39,446 nt of DNA from a virus (Duplodnaviria > Caudoviricetes): the IMG/VR virus record IMGVR_UViG_3300010366_000022, positions 1 through 39,446 of that record; one strand, written 5' to 3'. Positions 24,421 to 33,413 of this stretch are shown here, piece by piece. How positions within the stretch are numbered: the stretch's first letter is position 1; each line of letters starts with the position of its first letter. The notes below the pieces were generated by a model. The model did no database searches. It was given only the letters and a program-made list of their open reading frames with translations, and had not been told where the DNA came from. A program made the position numbers and the translations under genes.

Positions 24421-26295
24421 TCACATCCCCGGATAGTGGCGTGGTGTGAACCCCCAATGGGGACGATGCGTGTGCCGCACCCGCGGGCCGTTGGGACCGT
24501 CACCCCACGGTGAGGTGTCGAACCGTTTGATCGTGTGGTTGAACTCCATGAACACGTGCCCGGCGTTGGCCCACACGGTGAAGTCCTTGCCCGTGCCCGG
24601 CCGACCCCAACTAGAGGCAAACCACCCCGACGTCATCGCGGTGGACGTGTTCATTAGCCCCGCTTTCCACAACGCGAACGACACCGACGACGAACAATCG
24701 AAATAGCCGGACGCCGAAATGGACGTGAACCGTGTGTGCGCGGCACCGTAGATGTACCCCTTCGACCGCCGCGACAACAATTTGCACGCTTTCACCAACT
24801 CATCGAACCGGGTGTCGCCCGTCCCCGGTTTGCCGCCCGGCGTGGAACCGGGGATCGTTTTGGTCACCACCTGCGGTGCCGGTTCGGGGCGCGGTTTCGA
24901 AATCGAATTCAACGTGACGTCGGCGGTGGCCGACGATTCCGATTCCACGATGTCGGCCACGATCCACCGTTGGTCGGCCGGACCCGCCCCGGTGATCTCC
25001 AACGATTCGCCCGCGTACCCCTGCCACCGTTGTTTCAAAATCGAAAACGTGACCGCAGACAAATGCTTGCCTTGATCCCAGTCAAACCCGAAATTCGAAA
25101 TCGCGGGTGAGTCCCGACGTAGCACCATGCGTGGTTTTTGGTGGTACAAATCCGGTTCCGACATGTAGAACACGTCATTACCAACCACCCACACTTTCCA
25201 ATTCACTTCGTCGGCCAACCGGTTCATGCAATCCCACGAATTTTCCCCTTTTTTGCGCGTGTAGTTGTACGCCTTTTCCACCGTGATCGTGGTGGGCGCC
25301 GATGCCGACATGCCGTGGAACGCGTCCACGATCCGTTTGGCTTCCGGTTCGTGGCGTTGGTAGCGCTCGGGGAAGGCCGACCGTTGCACCGCTTGGGCGA
25401 TCGCTCCCGACGACATCGACGTGGTGCGCGCCAAATGGATGGCGCCCGTGCCACCGTGGGAATACCCCTGCAAAAAATGGGACGCCGACCATTTGACCGA
25501 CATTGACCGCGACCGTGACCCGGACGTGGACGTGCGCACCTGCAACACGCCCAACGAATCCAAATCGCCCCGGTTCAAATTGTGGATGCCCGTTTCCACG
25601 ATCATCGCTTCGACCAACGCCCACTGTGCGCGGGCGGGAGCGTTCAACGTGTGCGCGATGTTCAACGCCTCCTCCAACAACGCTAGCTGGCTGCGGTCCA
25701 ACGCCACCCGCGCCCCACCGCCCGACGATCCCGTGATGGTCAAATGCGGATGCCCGGCGAATCCGCGCCGCCCCGCCGTGTGCCCTCGTTTGAGTGTCGT
25801 ATGGACACCCCGGTTGGTGTCCGCAACTTCCTGTGGGCTACGCAACCGCGGGCACCGAAACCCGATCGCGTGCCCGTCGGCGTTCGCTTCGCGGATCAAC
25901 GACCGGATGAACATGGCGCGCGTGTACGCGTTGGTGCGCCGTTTGTGCCGGGCGCCGGAGTATTGCCGCAGGATGCCGACTACCCGGTTTTCGAACGTCA
26001 ACGCAACGTCCATGTTGTTGGGGGTCACTTTCACCAACCGGTACCACCGCCCCCGGTATTGCACTTCAACGTGGTCCAATTTGCCGTCCACGTTCAAATC
26101 CAACATCGGGGATTGGATGATCGACCATTCGGGGTCGGACAAATCGATTTCCAACGTGGGGGCACCGGTGATGGTGCGTTCCAACCGCACGTCGGTCACC
26201 GACGCACCGACGTTCAACGTCCGGTTGATTTTGCCGTGCTTGCCGCTGCGGGTGACCAATTTCACGGCGGCATTTTCAACCGCGTGCCTATGCAC
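24421..26295 (-). CDS. baseplate hub with inserted lysozyme-like domain and C-terminal NlpC/P60 domain
   Basis: Hub-like ENSWDCMNRLADEVNW; VETGIHNLNRGDLDSLGVLQ...AQAVQRSAFPERY; FDCSSSVS...NAGHVFM. Confidence 0.7.
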   Translation of the reverse strand: MHRHAVENAAVKLVTRSGKHGKINRTLNVGASVTDVRLERTITGAPTLEIDLSDPEWSIIQSPMLDLNVDGKLDHVEVQYRGRWYRLVKVTPNNMDVALTFENRVVGILRQYSGARHKRRTNAYTRAMFIRSLIREANADGHAIGFRCPRLRSPQEVADTNRGVHTTLKRGHTAGRRGFAGHPHLTITGSSGGGARVALDRSQLALLEEALNIAHTLNAPARAQWALVEAMIVETGIHNLNRGDLDSLGVLQVRTSTSGSRSRSMSVKWSASHFLQGYSHGGTGAIHLARTTSMSSGAIAQAVQRSAFPERYQRHEPEAKRIVDAFHGMSASAPTTITVEKAYNYTRKKGENSWDCMNRLADEVNWKVWVVGNDVFYMSEPDLYHQKPRMVLRRDSPAISNFGFDWDQGKHLSAVTFSILKQRWQGYAGESLEITGAGPADQRWIVADIVESESSATADVTLNSISKPRPEPAPQVVTKTIPGSTPGGKPGTGDTRFDELVKACKLLSRRSKGYIYGAAHTRFTSISASGYFDCSSSVSFALWKAGLMNTSTAMTSGWFASSWGRPGTGKDFTVWANAGHVFMEFNHTIKRFDTSPWGDGPNGPRVRHTHRPHWGFTPRHYPGM

Positions 26296-26963
26296 CCGGC
26301 CTTTTTCTTATTCGTGCATTTGCCCACTTGCCGTGGGTCGGAGATACGGTTCAACGTGCGGATTTGCACCCACCGCGTTTCGTCGCCCAACACTTTGCGC
26401 GCGATTTTCCGCAACGTTTCACCCTTTTTGACGATGTGCGTACGTTTGTGATGGCGGGCCTTTTTCGCCGCCGCCCGTCGCCGCGCCGCCGACCGTTGCG
26501 CCGCGTGAACGTCCCACACCGCCTGCAATACGGACACGGTCACGTGTTGCCGTTGCCGGGTTCCGTGTTCGTTGATGATCGCGTCCCCCCAATCCAATGC
26601 CACCACGTGCCATTTGGCGTCCGCGTGCCGCACCAACGTCCCCGGCCCGGTGACGGTGATTTTGGGTGGTTCCCCGGTCATGCCCGGCGCGCGCCCGCAC
26701 ATGAATTCCAACCGAGTCATTTCGTCTTCGACGGACGACCCCGTCAACCACCCGTCCAAAATGACCGGAATGTCCATCGCCAACGGGGGGTAACCGGTCC
26801 ACCGCGTCAACCCGGCTTTGAACGGGCGATCGACCGTTTCGAACGCGGCGTACCCGTCCGTGATCACCGGCGGGCCGTCGCCGGGCAACGCACGCACGGT
26901 GCGGTCCGGGGATTTGAACACGATGTATTGGACTCCCACCGTTCCCGGTGCCGTTGTCGCCAT
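26262..26963 (-). CDS. tail tube initiator-like protein with LysM domain
   Basis: HIVKKGETLRKIARKVLGD..RW..I..LN...GTRLKMP; follows tape measure. Confidence 0.8.
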   Translation of the reverse strand: MATTAPGTVGVQYIVFKSPDRTVRALPGDGPPVITDGYAAFETVDRPFKAGLTRWTGYPPLAMDIPVILDGWLTGSSVEDEMTRLEFMCGRAPGMTGEPPKITVTGPGTLVRHADAKWHVVALDWGDAIINEHGTRQRQHVTVSVLQAVWDVHAAQRSAARRRAAAKKARHHKRTHIVKKGETLRKIARKVLGDETRWVQIRTLNRISDPRQVGKCTNKKKAGCIGTRLKMPP

Positions 26964-26966
26964 CCG

Positions 26967-28613
26967 CTATCGCCGCGCCTTCGCGTCCGCCACCCGCCGG
27001 GCCACGCCTTGCGTGACCACGCGCCCGTCCATCGTCGTTTGCACCACGATCGGTTGTCCGGCCAACGACCGGATGGCGGCGATGACGTCGCGGTTTGACG
27101 ACACCGTCCCGCCCGTACGACCCATCGTCAAAATCTCCGGGCCACGTTCACCGACCAAAAACGCGCCCCCGGCGCCGACGGGACCGCCGCCCGCACGCCG
27201 ACCGGACGCCTTTTTCCCTTGCCGCCACGCCCGTTGCATGGCTGCGTTCCACGCTACGTGTTTCAACGCCGATTGTTTTTGCCCGTGGTAGCCCGTGTTC
27301 CACGCGTCCCACGTGGACGTGCCCACCGGAAACGGGTTAGCGCCACGCGTGACGTCGGCCGCAGTTTTGGACGACCCGCCCCACACGTTGTATTTGTTCG
27401 ATAGGTACACCCCGGCCGCGGCACCGATGGCCGCGGGTCCGGCGTAGCGTGCCACCGTCCCCGCTTTGCCCGCCCACCCCGACGGCCCAACGCCGGTGCG
27501 ACCGCCCCCGAACATGCTTCCTGCCGCTTGCGCGCTGTTTAGTTCACGGAGCGCCCCCGCTAGTTTGGACACGCCGCCCGCGATTTTCAGGATGCGGGAG
27601 GCCAAAAACCCGCCCACGACCAAATACGTGGTCAATTTCGGGTGCCGGGATAGGAAGTTGAAAATGGGTTGGACGATGTGCCATAGCTGTTTCAACGCAT
27701 CCACCATTTGCAACACGATTCGTCGCACCCGCCCACCGGTGCCCGTACCCGTGCGCATTTGATTCACAAACCGGTTGAACCACGTGATCGCCCGTGTCAA
27801 ATACGGGATCAATGCCTGCCCGATGGCCAACTGCAACCCCATCATCGCCGCCTTTTGCTCCTTTTGAGCGGTCAACAAATCCGACAACGATTTGATCGTT
27901 TTGCCGTGCAACGTCACCCCGTATTTGTCCATCAAATCCAATTGTTCCTGAATCCCCTTTGACCCTTTGGAAAACATGGGCGCCAACGCCGCCGCGCCCC
28001 GACCCAATATCCGTTGCATGTCCACCGCGCGTGACACGCCTTTATCGTGTGTTTTGAACGCCTCCACGACATCCAATATCCGCTGCGACGGTGCCTCCTT
28101 CGCCAGTTTTTGCCACCGCAATCCCAACCGGTCGAAAATGGGCAACGCCGTTTTCGATCCCTTTTGTGCGCCCTGCAATTGGGTCGATAGCGATCGCAAC
28201 GACATCACGAACGTTTTGGCGTCGATGCCGCGCACTTGCAACATGCCCGCCCACCGGGACGCCTGCGTGACGCCTTCGCCCATGTAGTAATTCAAAATCT
28301 TCGTGCCCTTCGCCAATTGCGTCGTTTGCGAAATGGCGTCGTTGACGCCACGCCACGCGATGAACCCCGCCGCCAACGCCCCCGCACCTTTGGCCATCGA
28401 CCAAATGTTCCCGGCGATGTTCCCCAACCACCCTTTCATGCCGGACAACCCGCGCCGGAACAACCCCACGTGCTTATTTGTTTTCTCCATCGACCCGGAC
28501 AATTTGTTCGTGCGTGTGTCCATTTCGGACACGGCGGTCGAAGTGGACATGGCGGCCGCTTTGAATTCGCGTGCGCCGCGCAATTCCATGATCACGATGA
28601 CGTATTCGGCCAT
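26967..28613 (-). CDS. tape measure protein
   Basis: Ala/Gly-rich helical ~548 aa; RAGGGPV...LVGERGPEIL; position after chaperones. Confidence 0.85.
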   Translation of the reverse strand: MAEYVIVIMELRGAREFKAAAMSTSTAVSEMDTRTNKLSGSMEKTNKHVGLFRRGLSGMKGWLGNIAGNIWSMAKGAGALAAGFIAWRGVNDAISQTTQLAKGTKILNYYMGEGVTQASRWAGMLQVRGIDAKTFVMSLRSLSTQLQGAQKGSKTALPIFDRLGLRWQKLAKEAPSQRILDVVEAFKTHDKGVSRAVDMQRILGRGAAALAPMFSKGSKGIQEQLDLMDKYGVTLHGKTIKSLSDLLTAQKEQKAAMMGLQLAIGQALIPYLTRAITWFNRFVNQMRTGTGTGGRVRRIVLQMVDALKQLWHIVQPIFNFLSRHPKLTTYLVVGGFLASRILKIAGGVSKLAGALRELNSAQAAGSMFGGGRTGVGPSGWAGKAGTVARYAGPAAIGAAAGVYLSNKYNVWGGSSKTAADVTRGANPFPVGTSTWDAWNTGYHGQKQSALKHVAWNAAMQRAWRQGKKASGRRAGGGPVGAGGAFLVGERGPEILTMGRTGGTVSSNRDVIAAIRSLAGQPIVVQTTMDGRVVTQGVARRVADAKARR

Positions 28614-28768
28614 CACCCGCCTCCGTGAACGCGGTTGAATTCTTCGATGGCGTGGTTGGTCACCATTTCGAACAACACCCGGTACGCGGGGTCGTTACCA
28701 GTGAACAACGGCGCGGGGTCCAACGTCACCCCGACAATCCCCGCACGGGCGGCGAGACGGACAAAGGG
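28613..28768 (-). CDS. tail assembly chaperone -1 frameshift extension (gpGT-like)
   Basis: Open -1 frame from slippery C CCT TTG (28768-28762) to TGA overlapping tape-measure ATG. Confidence 0.75.
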   Translation of the reverse strand, partial: PFVRLAARAGIVGVTLDPAPLFTGNDPAYRVLFEMVTNHAIEEFNRVHGGG

Positions 28769-29262
28769 CCGACATCGGGGTCCTCGGACGCCTCCACCGC
28801 CACGTCCTCATCGATCGCGTAGTCACGATCGACCGTCCAATCCATCAACCGGTTGTATTGGTAGATCAACGCCGCTTCGCCGGTCAAATACAACGCATAG
28901 ATGATTTCGCGGGCGGTTTCGGCGTGGGTGATCCCCAACGCTTCCGCCAACGATTTGTCGAACCGCACGACCGGTGTGCCTTCCGGGTATTCCAACGGTT
29001 GGATGGGGTCGTCGCCGCCGGGTCGGTAAAAAAATCCCACCACCGCGTGTGCCAACGCATCCGCGGCCACGGCCGGGGTCGCGTCGGTGCCGCCCCGTTG
29101 CATTTGCTCCTTCATGGCCCGTTCGACCACGTCCCACGGCAACGGTCCGAACCGGGCCACCAACATGCCTTGGTAGCCGGGGACGTCCATGTCCACGTGA
29201 ACACGACGGGCAACTTTCGCGCGGATTTCCCGTAGTCGGGATAGCGCGGCTTGGCTTGGCAT
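28726..29262 (-). CDS. tail assembly chaperone (gpG-like)
   Basis: Between tube and tape measure; AAGGAGG RBS. Confidence 0.75.
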   Translation of the reverse strand: MPSQAALSRLREIRAKVARRVHVDMDVPGYQGMLVARFGPLPWDVVERAMKEQMQRGGTDATPAVAADALAHAVVGFFYRPGGDDPIQPLEYPEGTPVVRFDKSLAEALGITHAETAREIIYALYLTGEAALIYQYNRLMDWTVDRDYAIDEDVAVEASEDPDVGPLSVSPPVRGLSG

Positions 29263-29296
29263 TTCCGGTGCCTCCTTGACTGTCGGATTGGTTCGG

Positions 29297-29707
29297 TTAC
29301 GCCACCGTCCCGTGCGTGGAGCATTCCAGTTCCAACATGGCCGCGTCGGTGGCGTTGGCGTCCATGTCCGGCGGGGTGACGCGAAGCAGGATTCCCCGGT
29401 ACACCTCAGCCGAACCCGACGGCGCCCCCAAATCGTCCAACGGTTGCACGGCGATGGTCATGGACGCGCGCCCGGCCAACGACCGCAACAGTTTCGTTTT
29501 GCCGCGTAGTTCCGCGTCCCACACCCGGCGAACGATGACGTTGTCCACGCCCACCGGCCCGCCCAACGAGATGATCGGTTCCATCGCACCCAACCGTAGT
29601 TTGGTTTCCTCGGCCACGGTTTGCCCACCCGTTTGCGCAATCCACGTGCCCAATGCGCCCACACCGGTGACGGTGACCGTGATCCGGTATTGGTCAACGC
29701 GTGACAT
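29297..29707 (-). CDS. tail tube protein
   Basis: 136 aa beta-rich protein immediately after sheath. Confidence 0.8.
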   Translation of the reverse strand: MSRVDQYRITVTVTGVGALGTWIAQTGGQTVAEETKLRLGAMEPIISLGGPVGVDNVIVRRVWDAELRGKTKLLRSLAGRASMTIAVQPLDDLGAPSGSAEVYRGILLRVTPPDMDANATDAAMLELECSTHGTVA

Positions 29708-29710
29708 CGA

Positions 29711-31144
29711 CTACACCGCCTGTGTGATGGGTGTTTTGACGAATTCGATCACGACCTCCTCCGCGTGCGGTGACATGCGCACCGCGGCCACGGCGTGCAA
29801 TTCTCCGTTGGCGATCGTCATCGGCGTGTTAACCGACGGTCCCGCGTCCACCCGGAATGCTTCCGCCACGGAGGAACCGTACAACGCCCCGGCCAAATAA
29901 AAATCGGTCAACATCCCGGCGATGCCCGACGCGAATTCCCCCGCCTTCAACCCTTGACCGTCGATTTGGTCGAACACGTACGACTCTCCGACCACCTGCC
30001 CGTGCGCTGTCAACGCCATGCGTAGGCGTGCCCAATTGAATTGCACCCAATTGGGGTTGGTAGACACGGCCCGGTAACCGTACGTTTCCGGTGACCCGTA
30101 CACCATTTTCCCGGTGTTGACGCCCGCTTGGATCAAATCCCACCGGTCGGCATCGGTGAAATCGAACGTGAACCCGATCACGTACGCGAACGGCCAATCC
30201 ATCCCCGCCGCGGCGATGTTCACGTTCGGGTCGGAAATACGGTCGCGGCGCGCCTCCAACCCGGCCTGCGCCGCCGAATACGGCACGGTGCGCACCGTGT
30301 TGGGCACGACGCCGGGCACGGTCACCCACGGGGCGAAAATGGCCGCGTAGTCCGTGTTCCCAGCCGCGCGCGCGGTGGTGCCCACGTTTTTGATCGACCC
30401 GTAATCGGTCGTCAACGGGACGTCCAACAACGCCACCCGGTTGTGATCGGCCGCGTGTTGCGTCAATGCCGATTGCACGGCCGCGTCCGATCGTCCCGGC
30501 GCCAACACTTGGCCCGGTCCCAACCCGTTTTGGAACACGGCCAACGCCGTGGCCCAATCCGCATCCACGATTCCACCGCGATCGTCGTCGCCGCCTTCTA
30601 GGGTGGCGCCCGTCACCGGCGCCGGGTCCTCCGCGGTGGGGTCGGCATCGGTCAAAATCACGTTTTGCCATCCGGTGTACGCGATCAAATCGGCTTTGGT
30701 CGCACCCCCGTGGGTGTCAACCACGTTCCCGTCCGCGTCCGACACGGTCACCGTGATCACGCCCGCGGCAACGGCCACGTCCACGGTGTAGTCGTTCGCC
30801 CACGGCCCTTCGGCATTGGCGGTCACGGTCACGGTGGGTTTTTTGGGCGACCCGCCCGTTTCCAAATCCACCGTCGCGGACGTCGCCGCCGCCGACCCGA
30901 CGCGGGACACCCACGCCGATCCGCCGCCTTCCCGGAAAAACACGTCCAACGAATCCCACAAATAGCTATACGACTGCCGCGATCCCAACAACCGGTCAAC
31001 GTCGGCCATCGATTGCACATGTACGGCCGACCCGACCGCGCCGCGTTCGGATTCGCCCACCATGAACGCGGTGCCCGTTTGGATCGGTGGACCCGAAGAC
31101 GGGGGCGATTCACGGTTGATGATCGTTACGCCGGGACGTGGCAT
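29711..31144 (-). CDS. contractile tail sheath protein
   Basis: PGV N-terminus, GESERG, FFREGG, NRVALLDVP, GVN...YGYR, P.AE.V.IEF sheath motifs. Confidence 0.9.
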   Translation of the reverse strand: MPRPGVTIINRESPPSSGPPIQTGTAFMVGESERGAVGSAVHVQSMADVDRLLGSRQSYSYLWDSLDVFFREGGGSAWVSRVGSAAATSATVDLETGGSPKKPTVTVTANAEGPWANDYTVDVAVAAGVITVTVSDADGNVVDTHGGATKADLIAYTGWQNVILTDADPTAEDPAPVTGATLEGGDDDRGGIVDADWATALAVFQNGLGPGQVLAPGRSDAAVQSALTQHAADHNRVALLDVPLTTDYGSIKNVGTTARAAGNTDYAAIFAPWVTVPGVVPNTVRTVPYSAAQAGLEARRDRISDPNVNIAAAGMDWPFAYVIGFTFDFTDADRWDLIQAGVNTGKMVYGSPETYGYRAVSTNPNWVQFNWARLRMALTAHGQVVGESYVFDQIDGQGLKAGEFASGIAGMLTDFYLAGALYGSSVAEAFRVDAGPSVNTPMTIANGELHAVAAVRMSPHAEEVVIEFVKTPITQAV

Positions 31145-31161
31145 CGGTTCACCTTCTTAGG

Positions 31162-31626
31162 TCACAACGTTGATCGCCGTCGTTGTTGGACACGGTGCAA
31201 CCGTTCGTTTTCCTCTATCAGTTGGTCGCGGACGTATTCGCGCGCGTACGCCCGCGACGCCGCCACTTCGTCGTGGATGACCACCGCGCCCACGGTTTGC
31301 ACCAACCGGTCCTCCAATTCGAACCAATGGTCAGCGTGTGCTGAACCGTATTCGCGCCGCCACCGATAACGGAGTTGTTGGGCGAACAAAATGCCGTCCA
31401 ACCCCACCTTGCGCCCTTCGCCTTTGTGCCACACGTGCCCGTGCCCGCAGTCGTACACCGGCGCCACCGCCCGCAACCCGGTGTCGTCCCCGAACGCGTC
31501 CACGACCACCATCACGTGTTCGGCGCCGGTCAACCGACCCGTATGTCCACATTCGCGGCACCGTTCGCGGTCGGCACACGACCACAACAATTGGTCCGCG
31601 CACCGTTCCAATTCGGCGTTATCCAC
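31162..31626 (-). CDS. hypothetical zinc-ribbon protein
   Basis: CRECGH...YDCGHGH; coupled in the late operon. Confidence 0.65.
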   Translation of the reverse strand: MDNAELERCADQLLWSCADRERCRECGHTGRLTGAEHVMVVVDAFGDDTGLRAVAPVYDCGHGHVWHKGEGRKVGLDGILFAQQLRYRWRREYGSAHADHWFELEDRLVQTVGAVVIHDEVAASRAYAREYVRDQLIEENERLHRVQQRRRSTL

Positions 31627-32275
31627 CGGTCCCGTTGATGTTGGCGATCACATTTTCGTACACGACATCGACCGTCCGCACCACCGGCATGTCCGGCCAC
31701 GGTGCATACGGGTCGTCGGGCGGCAAATCTGCCTGTGTGGGACCCGCGCCGGGGGTTACCAACCCTTCTACCCGCGTGCGGAAATGGACGACGCAGGCAG
31801 CGCGTGAACGATTCCGGGCCGTGTCCGGGTTCCCGTAGATTTCCTCACCCGACCACACCGTGCCGCGCGTGAACCCGTCGATGGTGGGACGTTGCACCAT
31901 CACGCCCCGAATGGCGGCGGCGTAGTACCCGGCCAACGCCCGCGCTGACACCTCGTCCACGGAATGGACCCCGGCCACGACCGACAATTGGAACCACGAC
32001 GCGTACGAAATCGCGTCCGGGTTGGTCATGTCGTTGATCCGTTCCGGGTCGCCGTCGGTGCCCGGCGACACCACCAAAATCGCCGGGGATTGCTCTTCGG
32101 GCAACACATCCTGCTGGGACGCGGATTGGTACGACCGCGGCAATTCGATGAACCGGGCGTCCAACCCCATTTGCCGTTCCACTTCCGCCACGTACGCGGG
32201 CAACCACGCGCGTAGTTGATCAACCGCCGCCGTTTCCAATTGCGGCACGGCCACCAACGGGGCGAACATGGTCAT
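31619..32275 (-). CDS. tail terminator/completion protein
   Basis: Position before sheath; P.ILVVSPG beta-rich segment; ATGA overlap. Confidence 0.6.
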   Translation of the reverse strand: MTMFAPLVAVPQLETAAVDQLRAWLPAYVAEVERQMGLDARFIELPRSYQSASQQDVLPEEQSPAILVVSPGTDGDPERINDMTNPDAISYASWFQLSVVAGVHSVDEVSARALAGYYAAAIRGVMVQRPTIDGFTRGTVWSGEEIYGNPDTARNRSRAACVVHFRTRVEGLVTPGAGPTQADLPPDDPYAPWPDMPVVRTVDVVYENVIANINGTGG

Positions 32276-32694
32276 TTCAAATCCCCGCGTAGGAATTCGT
32301 CCAAAATCGCCCGGATGCGGATGCGGTCGGACGGGCGGATGTCCATCAATTGCCGCCGCGGTTGGTGTTTCGTCCCCAACGCGAAATGCCCGTACCACAC
32401 ACCCGACGCCACCTGCAATTTGGAATTGGACACACGCACCACCGGGTGAGTGGTCAACGATCGTTTCAACGCCCCGGTGTCATCCAACACCGGGTGGTCC
32501 CCGGCGATGCGGGTGGTGATGTCGGACAACGGCGCCCACGGGGATTTGGCGAACAACGCCCGTTCCGATTCGGCCACCACTTTGGTCACTTGCCGCAACG
32601 CCGGTGACGCTTCGATGGCCCGTTCCCCCATCCCTTCTAGTTTGCGCGCGGTTTCGGTGGCGCCATGCACCCGCACGTCCATCCATTTGGCCAC
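32272..32694 (-). CDS. virion morphogenesis (tail completion) protein
   Basis: WAPLS..T, L.DTG.LKRSL, YG.F...GT..QPRR motifs (Mu gpG/P2 gpS-like). Confidence 0.7.
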   Translation of the reverse strand: MAKWMDVRVHGATETARKLEGMGERAIEASPALRQVTKVVAESERALFAKSPWAPLSDITTRIAGDHPVLDDTGALKRSLTTHPVVRVSNSKLQVASGVWYGHFALGTKHQPRRQLMDIRPSDRIRIRAILDEFLRGDLK

Positions 32695-33167
32695 TAGACG
32701 GCCACCCGGCGCGGGCGCAACCGCCCCAACGCCGTTTCGTACGACAACCGCAACGTTTGGTACGCCAGTTGGCCTTCCCCGCCCAACGACTCCTCGGGGA
32801 AGAAGGACAATTCGATCAACATGGCCGCGCGATACCCGACGCACGTTTTGGCGGCGGCGACGTGATCGGTCCACCGCGACACGTGTGCGTCGTAATCGAC
32901 CGTGTCCGCCGCCAACGCCGTCCCGTCATAATCGGTGGCGTATTTGGGATCGTCCGGGTTCGGTGCCACCGGCGGCGGGTCCATCAACAACGTGATTTCC
33001 CGCGCCGCGGCATCGATCAACTGCTGCGTTTCGGTGTCGGTGGGCCGTGTGTCCGGGCCGAACGACCCTAGCTGACCGCCGCCTTTGGTGAACGTGCGTG
33101 CGTGCAACAACGCCGCCACGTCCTCCAACGTCGGTGACCAATCAACGGGGTTGGCCGGGGCGGGCAT
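32694..33167 (-). CDS. head-to-tail adaptor
   Basis: PTLEDVAALLHART...TRPTD...AAMLIELSFFPE pattern; position after capsid. Confidence 0.65.
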   Translation of the reverse strand: MPAPANPVDWSPTLEDVAALLHARTFTKGGGQLGSFGPDTRPTDTETQQLIDAAAREITLLMDPPPVAPNPDDPKYATDYDGTALAADTVDYDAHVSRWTDHVAAAKTCVGYRAAMLIELSFFPEESLGGEGQLAYQTLRLSYETALGRLRPRRVAV

Positions 33168-33227
33168 GACGGGCGGGCGGGCCGGGGAACACTGCGACAA
33201 ACCCGGCCCGCCCGGTCACATGGTTAC

Positions 33228-33398
33228 CTACCCGCCCCCGCCGCCGCGGGCGTTGATGGGCGTGGCTTTGCCTTTGCCGACCGATTTGACGTTGGTCGTT
33301 TTGTCCTTGGCGATCTCCTGCCACCGTTCGGCGTCGTCGTCGTCCAATTGCAGGATCGTTTCGGTGCCGTCGTCGTACGTGATTTTGTAATCGTCCAA
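33228..33398 (-). CDS. small protein after capsid (56 aa, not in ORF track)
   Basis: AAGGAGG RBS + TTG; MDDYKITYDDGTETILQLDDDDAERW... Confidence 0.7.
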   Translation of the reverse strand: MDDYKITYDDGTETILQLDDDDAERWQEIAKDKTTNVKSVGKGKATPINARGGGGG

Positions 33399-33413
33399 CG
33401 CGGTTCCCTCCTT

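Noticed and set aside
18727-31144. Extracellular contractile injection system / tailocin
   Set aside because: Linked to terminase, portal, protease and capsid genes, so it is a myovirus-type phage tail.
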